A stretch of 64,000 bases of DNA. Origin: Bugula neritina. Its lineage: Eukaryota; Animalia; Bryozoa. A program made the translations under genes and the position numbers. The stretch is taken from the NCBI GenBank assembly GCA_964035545.1, contig OZ037767.1, positions 17,886,259 to 17,950,258 on the forward strand, given 5' to 3'. Of the stretch, positions 1-10,210 are shown in pieces (position 1 is the first letter of the stretch; the number at the start of each line of letters is the position of its first letter). Under the pieces are notes generated by a model. That model saw only the letters and a list, made by a program, of their open reading frames with translations, had not been told where the DNA came from and made no database searches.

Positions 1-1180
1 CACTTTTAGCACATTTAGGCACATTTAGGCACTGTTTAGCACATTTAGGCACTTTTAGGCACTTTCCCGGACGTTTGGGCACTTTGAGCACATTTAGTCA
101 CATTTAGGCACTTTTTAGCACATTTAGGCACTTTTTAGCACATTTAGGCACTTTTTAGCACATTTGGGCACTTGTAGCGCATTTAGGCACTTTTAGGCAC
201 CTTTTAGCACATTTGGGCACTTTTCAGCACATTTAGGCACATTTAGGCACTGTTTAGCACATTTAGGCACTTTTAGGCACTTTCCAGCACATTTGGGCAC
301 TTTTAGCACATTTAGGCACTTTTAGCACATTTAGGCACTGTTTAGCACATATAGGCACATTTAGGCACTTTTTAGCACATTTGGGCACTTTTCAGCACAT
401 TTAGGCACATTTAGGCACTTTTTAGCACATTTGGGCACTTTTCAGCACATTTAGGCGCTTTTAGCACATTTAGGCACTTTTTAGCACATTTAGGCGCTTT
501 TTGGCACATTTAGGCACTTTCAGCACATTTAGGCACATTTAGGCACATTTAGGCACTTTTTAGCACATTTGGGCACTTTTCAGCACATTTAGGCACTTTT
601 AGCACATTTAGGCACTTTCAGCACATTTAGGCACATTTAGGCACCTTTTAGGACATTTGGGCACTTTTCAGCACATTTAGGCGCTTTTAGCACATTTAGG
701 CATAGTTAGGCACTGTTTAACACATTTAGGCACTTTCCAGCACATTTAGACACTTTTTAGCGCATTTGGGCACTTTTTAGCACATTTAAGCACTTTTTAG
801 AGCATTTAGTCACTTTTCAGCACTTTTAGGCACTTTTAGGCACTGTTTAGCAAATTTAGGCACTTTCTAGCACATTTGGGCACTTTTTAGCTTTTTTAGG
901 CACTTTCTAGCAGATTTAGGCACTTTCAGCACATTTAGGCAAATTTAGGCACTTTTTAGAACATTTGCGCACTTTTCAGCACATTTAGGCACTTTTAGCA
1001 CATTTAGGCACATTTAGGCACTGTTTAGCACATTTAGGCACTTTTAGGCATTTTCCAGCTCATTTGGGCACTTTTAGCCCATTTAAGCGCTTTTAGCACA
1101 TTTAGGCACTTTTTAGCACATTTGGGCACTTTTTAGCACATTTAGGCACATTTAGGCACTTTTTTGCACATTTGTGCACT
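1..1180 (-). repeat. Satellite A array, left arm (9-10 bp monomers; plus strand reads CACATTTAGG / CACTTTTAG), open at window start
   Basis: Continuous tandem degenerate repeats such as cacatttagg-cacttttag-cacatttagg from base 1 to 1180; this is the reverse complement of the array type at 3751-6030. Confidence 0.97.
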
Positions 1181-3750
1181 CACAGTTGGTTTAAGGTCAT
1201 ACTTTTCATTTTCTGGCTCTTTGCCAGGTGCTTTATGTTCTATATGAACAATGTTCCACTGATAGCTCGAACAGGTTGAATGTCACAGGAACAAAAAAAA
1301 TATAAAAAGATAAATAAACTTATGTTCTCCAATATACTTTTTTATTTTTTTCAAAAGCCAATTCATGTTTAAGTTATAGCTTGTTGAAAAACATAGTCCC
1401 CCTTCCACATTCTTTTCAATTTATACGCTCCTGACTTGTTATTGTGTCTCAATATGCCTTGTATTTGAGTGCTTGTTAGTCTCGCTTCACTAACTTTGCC
1501 TATACTTCACAAGTGTCAGTGCTGCTGGCTCAAAAGCTAAATGTTATAAACTGTCAGCTAAAACCCAATCTTGTATTCCTAGGTTGGTTGGCCTAAATAA
1601 AACAATAGTCAAATCATGATTTCATGTTTTAAAAATTTACTCTATTCTAACCTGCTGCCTAGCTAGTTCTATTTTTGATGTATAATTACAAAGTTTGTGA
1701 TACATTTTTTTGGCAACCATGTAATTTATAAAATGCAGTAATGGTACTTATAATATTATATTATTATCATTATAATACATTATATAGTATTATGTGTGTT
1801 TTTATTATCCTGCATAATATCTAATTTATTATTGTTGTTGTGCAAACAAGTGCAATTAACCTAGTTTTCAAAATGTACCTCTATATTATCAGAATATCAG
1901 TTTAGATATTTTCATGCTTTGTTAGGTAAACCTAAAAAAAGAGGCTGTATTCCCAAAGTAAAGGGTGTTGAACTATGAACTATATTAGATTAGCCACTCT
2001 GCTACCAAGTGCATCAGTATAATATTATATGAATAGCTCTGATGCTTTGTCTCCGGTGGCTGGCTGCGATATGATAACTTGGCCAACTTCCAAGAGTTTA
2101 AAATTGGCGCAATTATTCAAGAGGTTACATACTGCACAGAGCTAGCAGTGATAGTAACCTTGCTATTGGCAGTACTTATTACAACTGCCAGCATATAAGC
2201 TGCATTGTAGAATGCCGTTGGGGTAGGCTAGTAAAACCAAATTCTGCTCTCTAATATACCTTAGACACAATGCAGCAACATAATTGTTCATTTCAAATTA
2301 CATTGCCACCCTTACATGAGCTGTGGGCTTCATAAAGATTCATATGATTAGAGATTTATGCTATAGGCCCTATCTGTGCTAGTGTATGATGAAAATAACA
2401 CACCATTGTCAAAGTTAACTTCAAGTATGTTGTTTTCCAGAAACTCAGTAATGTCCATTTATCTCTCGCATACAAATACTTATGTAATAGCATACAGTTT
2501 AAGTTTTATTCTAGAGCACATCTGCAAACTCTACAATAAGAGCTTGCTTTACCAGTCTATTTCAGACCTGTTTTTGTAGCTAGTAATACGCAAGCTACTT
2601 ATTTTTAAACTTTTGGGTTATTTGTTCAAAACCATTAGCTTTGCTAGTAACCCGAGACTATTGCAACAGTTGACTGCTATCAACATGAATTGACAGCCTA
2701 ATAATTATAACCCTTTTGCGCGCGAAATATTTATGTAATGATAGTTACTCATATAGTGCGCGTCTTATTAACGATGACTGCGTGGTCTAGAGGTTAGAGG
2801 CGTCAGCGAGGAGTTAGTTGGTTATGGTTCAACCCTGTTTTGTCGCAATTTTTTTTGTCAACTTATGCAAATCCTACGCATGTATAATAAATATGGCTAT
2901 AATTGTAAAGTTTTTTTTAACTTTTGTTCAACAGTAAGACAACATACATGCATAATAATTAGATACTGAACACTGGACTAAACCTTAAATTGATCTTATA
3001 GAATACAATGTACTTAAAATAATCATATGTGAATTAGAGAAACTGAAAGTACACCTGCTGCTCTATAGACAGACATTTACTGACAAGACTGCAAAGTGAA
3101 GTGATTTAGCTGAAATTAACTCTGCCAAACAAACAAAGAATTATGTTGTGCTGAGGCATTTTCAATATATTATTGTAACATAGTGAGATGATTCAGCTAA
3201 GTGCTAATGTAAAACAGGGAACATTATATTGGCAGAAATCCAATAGACTGCCAATTTGTGCGAGAGGGTACTATATGTTATTGTGATAGCGCAGAGCGGC
3301 AAACGTACTAGGAATGTTATAGTCACAGGAGCGTAGCTAGAACCACCATATGAAGAATTTAGAAAATTGCAGTGAAACTTGCAAAATGGTGTATGTTTTT
3401 ACCAAATTGTGAAGAGCATGAACAGAATTTCAAAAAACAAAGAAAGTATATTAGAGAAAACATATCAAGGAATGTCAAGTTTAACTTTTATACTTTATAA
3501 AATGAATCCCCTGTGCTACAGCAGTGGAACATGGAGGGTGTAAAATTTTACTTATTATGCAACAACTTTCTCAGAAAAAATTTTATTGAAAAATTAAAAA
3601 AGTATATGAAAGAGGAATGCAAGAGCTATCTTTTCATGTAAAAGTTGTTAATGTGAGACAAAAACTGTTCGAGCTATCCCCTGGAAACCGTTTATATATA
3701 ACATAAAGCAGTGCCTGAATCTGGAAAGTAATGACCTTAAACCAACTGTG
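1181..3750. mobile_element. Putative non-autonomous DNA transposon (element 1, 2570 bp), CACAG-terminated, CMC/EnSpm-like
   Basis: Perfect 20-bp terminal inverted repeat CACAGTTGGTTTAAGGTCAT (1181-1200) / ATGACCTTAAACCAACTGTG (3731-3750). Imperfect subterminal inverted repeat with identical spacing: tgctttatgttctatatgaac 1229-1249 vs 3690-3710, gatagctcgaacag 1261-1274 vs 3665-3678, aaaagata 1305-1312 vs 3627-3634. No long ORF and no TSD (flanks CT | TG). Superfamily assignment is inferred. Confidence 0.78.
2776..2856 (+). ncRNA. Degenerate tRNA-like RNA polymerase III unit (tRNA pseudogene or SINE head) inside element 1
   Basis: A-box-like TGGTCTAGAGG (2783-2793) starts at tRNA position 8. 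B-box-like GGTTCAACCC (2826-2835) lies within a weak T-arm. The body is ~72 nt and is followed by a T8 terminator (2849-2856). Acceptor and anticodon stems are decayed, so it is not a functional tRNA. Confidence 0.55.
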
Positions 3751-6030
3751 TGCCTAAATGTGCTAAAAAGTGCTTGAATGTGCCTAAATGTGCCAAAAGT
3801 GCTTAAATGTGCCAAAAGTGTTTAAATGTGCCTAAAAGTGCCTAAATATGCCTAAATGTGCTAAAAGTGCCTAAATGTGCTAAAAAGTGTCTAAATGTGC
3901 CTAAATGTGCTAAAAGTACCTAATTGTCCTGAAAAGTGCTTGAACGGGCCTAAATGTGCTAAAAGTGCCTAAATGTGTTAAAAAGTGCCTATATGTGCTT
4001 AAATGTGCCAAAAGTGCCTAAAAGTGCCTAAAAGTGCCTAAATATGCCTAAATGTGCTGAAAGTGCCTAAATGTGCTAAAAAGTGCCAAAATGTGCTGAA
4101 AAGTGCTTAAATGTGCTAAAAAGTGCTAAAAATTGCCTAAATGTGCTAATAGTGCTTAAATGTGCCTAAATGGGCTTAAAGTGCCTAGATGTGCTAAAAA
4201 GTGCGTAAAAGTGCCTAAATGTGCCTAAATGTGCTAAAAGTGCATAAATGTGCTAAAAAACGGCTAAATGTGCCTAAATGTGCTTAAAGTGCCTAAATGT
4301 GCTAAAAAGTGCCTAAATGTGCTAAAAAGTGCCTAAACGTGCCTAAAGGTTCTAAAAGTGCCTAAATGCGCTAACAGTGCCTAAATGTGCTTAAAGTGCC
4401 TAAATGTGCTAAAAAGTGCCTAAAAGTGCCTAAATGTGCTAAAAGTGCCTTATAGTGCCTAAATGTGCCTAAATGTGCCAAAAGTGCCTAAATGCGCTAA
4501 AAAGTGCTTAAAAGTGCATAAAAGTTCCTAAATATGCCTAAATGTGCTAAAAGTGCCTAAATGTGCTAAAAAATGGTTAAATGTGCCTAAATGTGCTAAA
4601 AGTGCCTAAATGTGCTAAAAAGTGCCAAAATGGGCTAAAAAGTGCTTAAATGTGCTAAAAAGTGCTTAAATAAGCCTAAATGTGCTAAAAGTGCCTAAAT
4701 GTGCCTAAATGCGCTAAAAGTGCCTAAATGTGCTAAAAAGGTCCTAAAAGTGCCTAAATGTGCTAAAAAGTGCTTGCATGTGCCTAAATGTGCTAAAAGG
4801 TCCTAAATGTGCCTAAATGCGCTAAAAGTGCCTAAATGTGCTAAAAAGTGCCTAAATGTGCTAAAAAGTGCCTATATGTGCTAAAAGGGCCTAAATGTGC
4901 TAAAAAGTGCCTAAAAGTGCCTAAATGTGCCTAAATGTTCTAAAAGTGCCTAAATGTGCTAAAAGTGTTTAAATGTGCTAAAAAGTGCCTAAATGTGCTA
5001 AAAAGTGCCTAAATAAGCTTAAATGTGCTAAAAGTGCCTAAATATGCCTAAATGCGCTAAAAGTGCCTAAATGTACTAAAAAGGTCCTAAAAGTGCCTAA
5101 ATGTGCTAAAAAGTGCTTGAATGAGCCTAAATGTGCAAAAAGTGCCTAAATGCGCCTAAATGCGCTAAAAGTGCCTAAATGTGCTAAAAAGGTCCTAAAA
5201 GTGCCTAAATGTGCTAAAAAGTGCTTGAATGTGCCTAAATGCGCCAAGAGTACTTAAATGTGCCAAAAGTGTTTAAATGTGCCTAAAAGTGCCTAAATAT
5301 GCCTAAATGTGCTAAAAGTGCCTAAATGTGCTAAAAAATGTCTAAATGTGCCTAAATGTGCTAAAAGTACCTAATTGTCCTGAAAAGTGCTTGAACAGGC
5401 CTAAATGTGCTAAAAGTGCCTAAATGTGCTGAAAGTGCCTAAATGTGCTAAGAAGTGCCTAAATGTGCCTACAAGTTCTAAAAGTGCCTAAGTGTGCTAA
5501 AACGTGCCTAAAAGTGCCTTAATGTGCCTAAATGTACCTAAATATGCCAAAAGTGCTTAAATTTGCTAAAAAGTGCCTAAATGTGCCTAAATGTGCTAAT
5601 AGTGCCTAAATGTGCTAAAAAGTGCCTAAATGTGCTAAAAGTGCTTAAATGTGCTAAAAGTGCTTAAATGTGCCTAAGTGTTCTAAAAGTGCCTAAATGT
5701 GCTAAAAAGTGCCTAAATGTGCCTAAATGTGCCTAAATGTGCCAAAAGTGCCTAAATGTGCTAAAAAGTGCCTAAATGTGCTTAAATGTGCTAATAGTGC
5801 CTAAATGTGCTAAAAAGTGCTTAAATGTGCTAAAAAGTGCCTAAATAAGCCTAAATGTAATAAAAGTGCCTAAATGTGCCTAAATGCGCTAAAAGTGCCT
5901 AAATGTGCTAAAAAAGTCCTAAAAGTGCCTAAATGTGCTAATAGTGCTTAAATGTGCCTAAATGTGCTAAAAGGGCCTAAATGTGCTAAAAGTGCTTAAA
6001 TGTGCTGAAAAGTGCCTAAATGTGCTAAAA
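3751..6030 (+). repeat. Satellite A array, right arm (AAATGTGCT / AAAAGTGCCT / AAATGTGCCT, ~19-20 bp dimeric period)
   Basis: Continuous tandem repeats gtgcctaaatgtgctaaaa from the end of element 1 to an abrupt junction with satellite B at 6030/6031. Confidence 0.97.
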
Positions 6031-6031
6031 C

Positions 6032-6293
6032 CACTGTAACATACTGAAATACACTGCAACATACTGCAACATACTGAAATACACTGTAACAAACTGAAAT
6101 ACACGGCAACACATTGGAATATACTGCAACATACCCTAATATATTGTAATATACTGAAATATACTGCAACATACCGCAACATACTGAAATACACTGTAAC
6201 AAACTGAAATACACTGCAACACATTGGAATATACTGCAACATACCCTAATATATTGTAACATACTGAAATACACTGCAACATACTGCAACATA
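6032..6293 (+). repeat. Satellite B, first segment (10-bp monomers, local 110-bp sub-period)
   Basis: actgtaacat-actgaaatac-actgcaacat monomers; 6071-6180 and 6181-6290 are near-identical 110-bp units. Confidence 0.95.
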
Positions 6294-6341
6294 ACTAGCT
6301 GGATAGGGACAGTGATATCTATAAAATCGTTATCTTGAATC

Positions 6342-7052
6342 ATGGTTCGTAGAGCTAAATCAGCCACTAGTTCAACTAGTGAATCTACACCCGATTCATC
6401 TATCCATGGAAAGTTAGATCAGATCTTAGCAAGACTAAATGACTTTGATAGTAGGTTGAAGAAAGTAGAAATTGAACAGGCTGAAGTAATTAAAACCTGC
6501 AAATTTTTGAGCAAAGAATTTGATGATATCAAGTTACTAAGAAATGAAATGAAGTGTTTCCTAAAAGATTTTCCAGATGTGAAAGACCGTGTGGATCAAC
6601 TAGAATTCCAAGATCGTAAAAAACAGTTGACATTAAATGGAATACCACAAAAATCTGGAGAGAACTTATTACATGCCATGAAAGTTATGAGTGAAAAACT
6701 AAAATGCGAACTTCAACCCTACCATGACATAGACTCAATTTTTAGAGTCAAGACATCTGACAAAGTTATAATTAAATTTATTCACGCTCATAAACGTGAC
6801 AAGTTCTTTGGATCATTTAGAAAAAACCCTCTAAATGCAACAGACTTAGGTTTTAAAGACAACTCTAAGCTCTACATAAATGAAGTGCTGAGCAAACCTC
6901 AAGCTGCTCTTTTTCATGAGACTCGCATGTTCAAAAAAGAACATAAATACCGTTTTGCATGGACATCAAACCAAAGAATCTTCCTAAGGAAAGACAGTGA
7001 TAGTAATGCAATACAGATCAATTCGACAGATGATTTAGATGACCTCGCTTAA
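6342..7052 (+). CDS. LINE ORF1p (coiled coil + RRM-like + C-terminal domain, L1-ORF1/FP-protein-like)
   Basis: 236 aa. Heptad-rich N-half (LDQILARLNDFDSRLKKVE...VDQLEFQDRKKQLTLNGIP), then IDSIFRV...VIIKF and LYINEVLS...YRFAWTSNQRIFLRK, the motif pattern typical of CR1/L2-group ORF1. Lies directly upstream of an APE-RT ORF. Confidence 0.85.
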   Translation: MVRRAKSATSSTSESTPDSSIHGKLDQILARLNDFDSRLKKVEIEQAEVIKTCKFLSKEFDDIKLLRNEMKCFLKDFPDVKDRVDQLEFQDRKKQLTLNGIPQKSGENLLHAMKVMSEKLKCELQPYHDIDSIFRVKTSDKVIIKFIHAHKRDKFFGSFRKNPLNATDLGFKDNSKLYINEVLSKPQAALFHETRMFKKEHKYRFAWTSNQRIFLRKDSDSNAIQINSTDDLDDLA

Positions 7053-7114
7053 ACACATGATTACTCCATATCCTCTGATTTTTAATTTCTGTAACTATAT
7101 TTTTTTTCAAATTC

Positions 7115-10024
7115 ATGGAAGCACACCTAAACTGTGATCAATACACGCCAGAACAGTTTAGAAATAATATAAAAAATAATTCCAATTCTCTTACTATTTT
7201 GAATGTTAATGTACAAAGCCTTCGTAAAAATTTTGATTCCCTAGAAACATTTATGTTTAGTGTTCCTAAACCTTTTGATGTTGTTTGTATTACTGAAAGT
7301 TTTCTTTATGATAATGAAGTACATAATTTTCCCATAAATGATTATGTTTTTATAGGTAATCAGAGACAGAGTAAAGGAGGTGGTGTCGGGGCCTATGTGC
7401 GCAGTAGTGCTGTGGCTGAAGTCAAGGAAAGTCGAGCACTTTTTGCAGGCAGTGAATCTTTACATTTGGAGCTAAAGGGTGGTCTCTTTGGGTGCTTTAG
7501 GAGTGGTCTTCACCTCACAATCATTTACAGGCAACCATCGGCGGACATTGGAGCTTTTCTCTCTGACCTGGAGCAGTACATCAGTTCTTCTAATTTTCCA
7601 CATCATGTCATACTAGGTGATATCAATATCGACACTCTTAAATCCGATCCTGTGAGTACATCTTACCTCAACATCCTATCCTGCTCTCATTTTATAAATT
7701 CAATTCAGATTCCTACACGATACAATTCTTGCTTAGATCATATAAATGTTAATTTTTATGATAAATTCTTAACATCTGGAACAATAACAACAAGCATAGC
7801 AGATCACTTGCCTACTTTTATCAAAATAGAAAATTTAACTAACTATTTTAATATAACTAAATCTACAAACATTAGAAATTATAAGAAAATAAATGAAGAA
7901 CTATTTTTGAAAGATCTTTCTAAAGTAGACTGGAACTCCAAAGTATATGCCAAGAAAGATGTGAATTCTAGGTATGACAGTTTCTTTAAAATATTTATGG
8001 ATTTATGCAATAAACATGCTCCATTAGTAAAATTCTCAACAAATTGGCCACGCAAACTTAAAACAAATAAAAGACCCTGGATTAGTGTTGAATTAATTAA
8101 GCTGATGAACAAAAGGGATTATGTTTATAGACAATCCTTAAATTCCCCTCTAAACTTGAAACTTAAATTTAAACATAAAACTCTAAAAAATTTAGTTACG
8201 AAGAATTTGCGTAGATCCAAGACTTTATATTTTGAATCTTTTTTTGAAAATACTTCAGATTCTAGTAAATGTTGGAAAGTCATAAACGAACATCTAGGAA
8301 AAAATCGATCAAAGAGATTAAATGCTCCTAAAAGTTTAACATCTGAAAATATTACACTAACTGAAAATAAGGACATAGCAAACAGTTTTAATAAATACTT
8401 TACTTCCATAGGAACAACGTTATCAAAGGAATTCACTGACGACAATTTTGATTTTACAGCTCAGAAGTCAGATAAAAAACTTGATGAACAGTTTAGCTTT
8501 ACAAATATTGAAAGCACAGTCATTGAAAGCTTACTTAAAGATGTAAACCCAGCCAAAGCTGCAGGATTAGATTTAGCTCCCACCAACCTAATAAAAATAT
8601 CTGCATCTCATCTTTCAAAGCCTTTAGCTTACATTATAAACACAATTATCAATGATGGCGCTTTTCCAAATGAACTAAAAAAAGCTAAAGTTGTTCCTCT
8701 ACACAAAAAAGGCATAGCTACTGATGTAAGTAATTACCGCCCAATTTCTATACTACCTGTTTTCAGTAAGATAGCTGAAAAGATTTTAAATAAGCAAATA
8801 GTAGATTTTCTAGAAAGCAAAAATTATTTAACTGATAAGCAGTACGGCTTTAGACGAAATAGAAACACAAATATTGCCTTAATTAATCTAACAAATAAGG
8901 TTTTAAATGCCATGAACAATGGTAATTCTGTAGCTGGAATTTTCCTCGATTTTAGTAAGGCCTTTGACACAATAAATCATGAAATCTTATTAGCTAAATT
9001 AAAAATGCTCCACTTTTCAAGTCACAGTGTGAAGCTAATTAAAAATTATCTGTCCAATCGTCAACAGTCTACTATTATTAACAACACATATTCTGACTTT
9101 ATTCATATCACATGTGGAGTACCACAAGGATCCATACTTGGTCCCACACTATTCCTAATTTATATAAATGATCTTCCAGATGTGACTATGCATTTAGACC
9201 CTATATTATTTGCCGATGATACGAACCTCTTCTTTGAATCAAAAAATCTATTAAACAATATGGACGTCATAAACTGTGAATTAAAGAAAATTGAAAATTG
9301 GTGCAATAAAAATAAATTAACTGTAAATATGAGTAAAACAAACTATATGATAATCAAAACAGCGCAAAATAAACAAGATTTAAATGGCTTTGCCTTAGAA
9401 ATGTTTAACAAAAAATTAGTGGAAGTAAAATCAACTACCTTCTTAGGTATTATAATAGATTCACATCTTTCTTGGCAACAACATTGCAGCAAACTTTGTC
9501 AAAACCTAAGGCCCTTAGTAGGCTTGATAAGTAAATGTTCCAATCACCTACCTAGAAAAATTCTAATACAAATATATAACTCTTTTGTAAATTCTAAATT
9601 AACATATTGCCTAGAATCGTGGGGTAATGCAGCAAACATTTATCTTGAACCACTACATTTACTGCAAAAGAAAATACTGAGAATTATATATAAAAAGCAT
9701 CACCTTTCCCCATCTAAACCACTGTTTCTTAGTTCTTCAATCATGCCTATTCACACTCTACACAAATTCAAATTAATACTGCTCTCACATAAACTTTACT
9801 ATTCTCAACTAACACATCTCACACATAACTATCCCACAAGATTTTCAGAGTTCAGCCTACAAACTCCTCCATCATCAACTGCTGCAGGTCAACGAAGAGT
9901 GGAATTCCAATGTTCGTCGCTATGGAATAAATTGCCTAGTTCTATTCGTGCTGTGGAGAGGGAGGCTGGTTTCAAACTTGCCCTGAGAGACCATCTAATG
10001 GCAAATTTCCAGATAAAAAAATAA
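7115..10024 (+). CDS. LINE ORF2p: apurinic-like endonuclease + reverse transcriptase
   Basis: 969 aa, uninterrupted. APE motifs NVNVQSL, CITES, GGGVGAYV, IYRQP, LGDINID, PTR, LDHI, ADHLP. RT motifs NYRPISILP, QYGFR, LDFSKAFD, GVPQGSILGPTLF, FADDT, FLGIIID. Confidence 0.97.
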   Translation: MEAHLNCDQYTPEQFRNNIKNNSNSLTILNVNVQSLRKNFDSLETFMFSVPKPFDVVCITESFLYDNEVHNFPINDYVFIGNQRQSKGGGVGAYVRSSAVAEVKESRALFAGSESLHLELKGGLFGCFRSGLHLTIIYRQPSADIGAFLSDLEQYISSSNFPHHVILGDINIDTLKSDPVSTSYLNILSCSHFINSIQIPTRYNSCLDHINVNFYDKFLTSGTITTSIADHLPTFIKIENLTNYFNITKSTNIRNYKKINEELFLKDLSKVDWNSKVYAKKDVNSRYDSFFKIFMDLCNKHAPLVKFSTNWPRKLKTNKRPWISVELIKLMNKRDYVYRQSLNSPLNLKLKFKHKTLKNLVTKNLRRSKTLYFESFFENTSDSSKCWKVINEHLGKNRSKRLNAPKSLTSENITLTENKDIANSFNKYFTSIGTTLSKEFTDDNFDFTAQKSDKKLDEQFSFTNIESTVIESLLKDVNPAKAAGLDLAPTNLIKISASHLSKPLAYIINTIINDGAFPNELKKAKVVPLHKKGIATDVSNYRPISILPVFSKIAEKILNKQIVDFLESKNYLTDKQYGFRRNRNTNIALINLTNKVLNAMNNGNSVAGIFLDFSKAFDTINHEILLAKLKMLHFSSHSVKLIKNYLSNRQQSTIINNTYSDFIHITCGVPQGSILGPTLFLIYINDLPDVTMHLDPILFADDTNLFFESKNLLNNMDVINCELKKIENWCNKNKLTVNMSKTNYMIIKTAQNKQDLNGFALEMFNKKLVEVKSTTFLGIIIDSHLSWQQHCSKLCQNLRPLVGLISKCSNHLPRKILIQIYNSFVNSKLTYCLESWGNAANIYLEPLHLLQKKILRIIYKKHHLSPSKPLFLSSSIMPIHTLHKFKLILLSHKLYYSQLTHLTHNYPTRFSEFSLQTPPSSTAAGQRRVEFQCSSLWNKLPSSIRAVEREAGFKLALRDHLMANFQIKK

Positions 10025-10090
10025 TACTTTTTTAAGTTGCTAAAACTTCCAAAAACCTAAACAAAAATCTTATATAACTGTCAACCATTC

Positions 10091-10210
10091 ATGGCTCGGT
10101 GCCCCGACTAGCTACAGTGCTATTGCGCCATAGGCCCTGTCATTTTGTTTATTTTTTTTCTCAATTAATTTTTTCCCGACTATGACAAAATAAAAAACAA
10201 ACAAACAAAC
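10091..10210 (+). other. LINE 3' UTR stem-loop region, poly(A)-like signal and (AAAC)n tail
   Basis: ATGGC (10091-95) / GCCAT (10127-31) encloses two hairpins, TCGG-tgcc-CCGA and TAGC-tacagt-GCTA. A second pairing TGTCAT (10138-43) / ATGACA (10182-87) follows, then AATAAA and (AAAC)4. Confidence 0.6.

Larger units (their letters stand above)
6294..10207 (+). mobile_element. Full-coding non-LTR retrotransposon, CR1 group (Crack/L2/Daphne-like LINE), inserted in satellite B
   Basis: Two intact ORFs (ORF1 and APE-RT ORF2), a short structured 3' UTR, AATAAA at 10189-10194 and an (AAAC)4 tail at 10195-10210. AACATA occurs at both junctions (6288-6293 and 10208-10213). Clade is inferred from C-terminal motifs (YCLESWG, HNYPTR), lack of RNase H and the microsatellite tail. 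Confidence 0.93.

Noticed and set aside
1181-1220. RAG/Transib recombination signal (CACAGTT resembles the heptamer CACAGTG)
   Set aside because: There is no nonamer at 12/23 spacing, no 5-bp TSD and no RAG/Transib ORF; only the CAC start, shared by several superfamilies, is present.
1-6030. Satellite A as telomeric repeat (contains TTAGGC/GCCTAA, the nematode telomere hexamer) or as de novo telomere addition at elimination breakpoints
   Set aside because: The hexamer is never tandem and is embedded in 9-10 bp units. The G-rich strand points toward the unique island on both sides, the opposite of telomeres added to its ends.
7879-8445. Minus-strand ORFs 7879-8112 and 8125-8445
   Set aside because: Antisense shadows of LINE ORF2 with no independent coding evidence.
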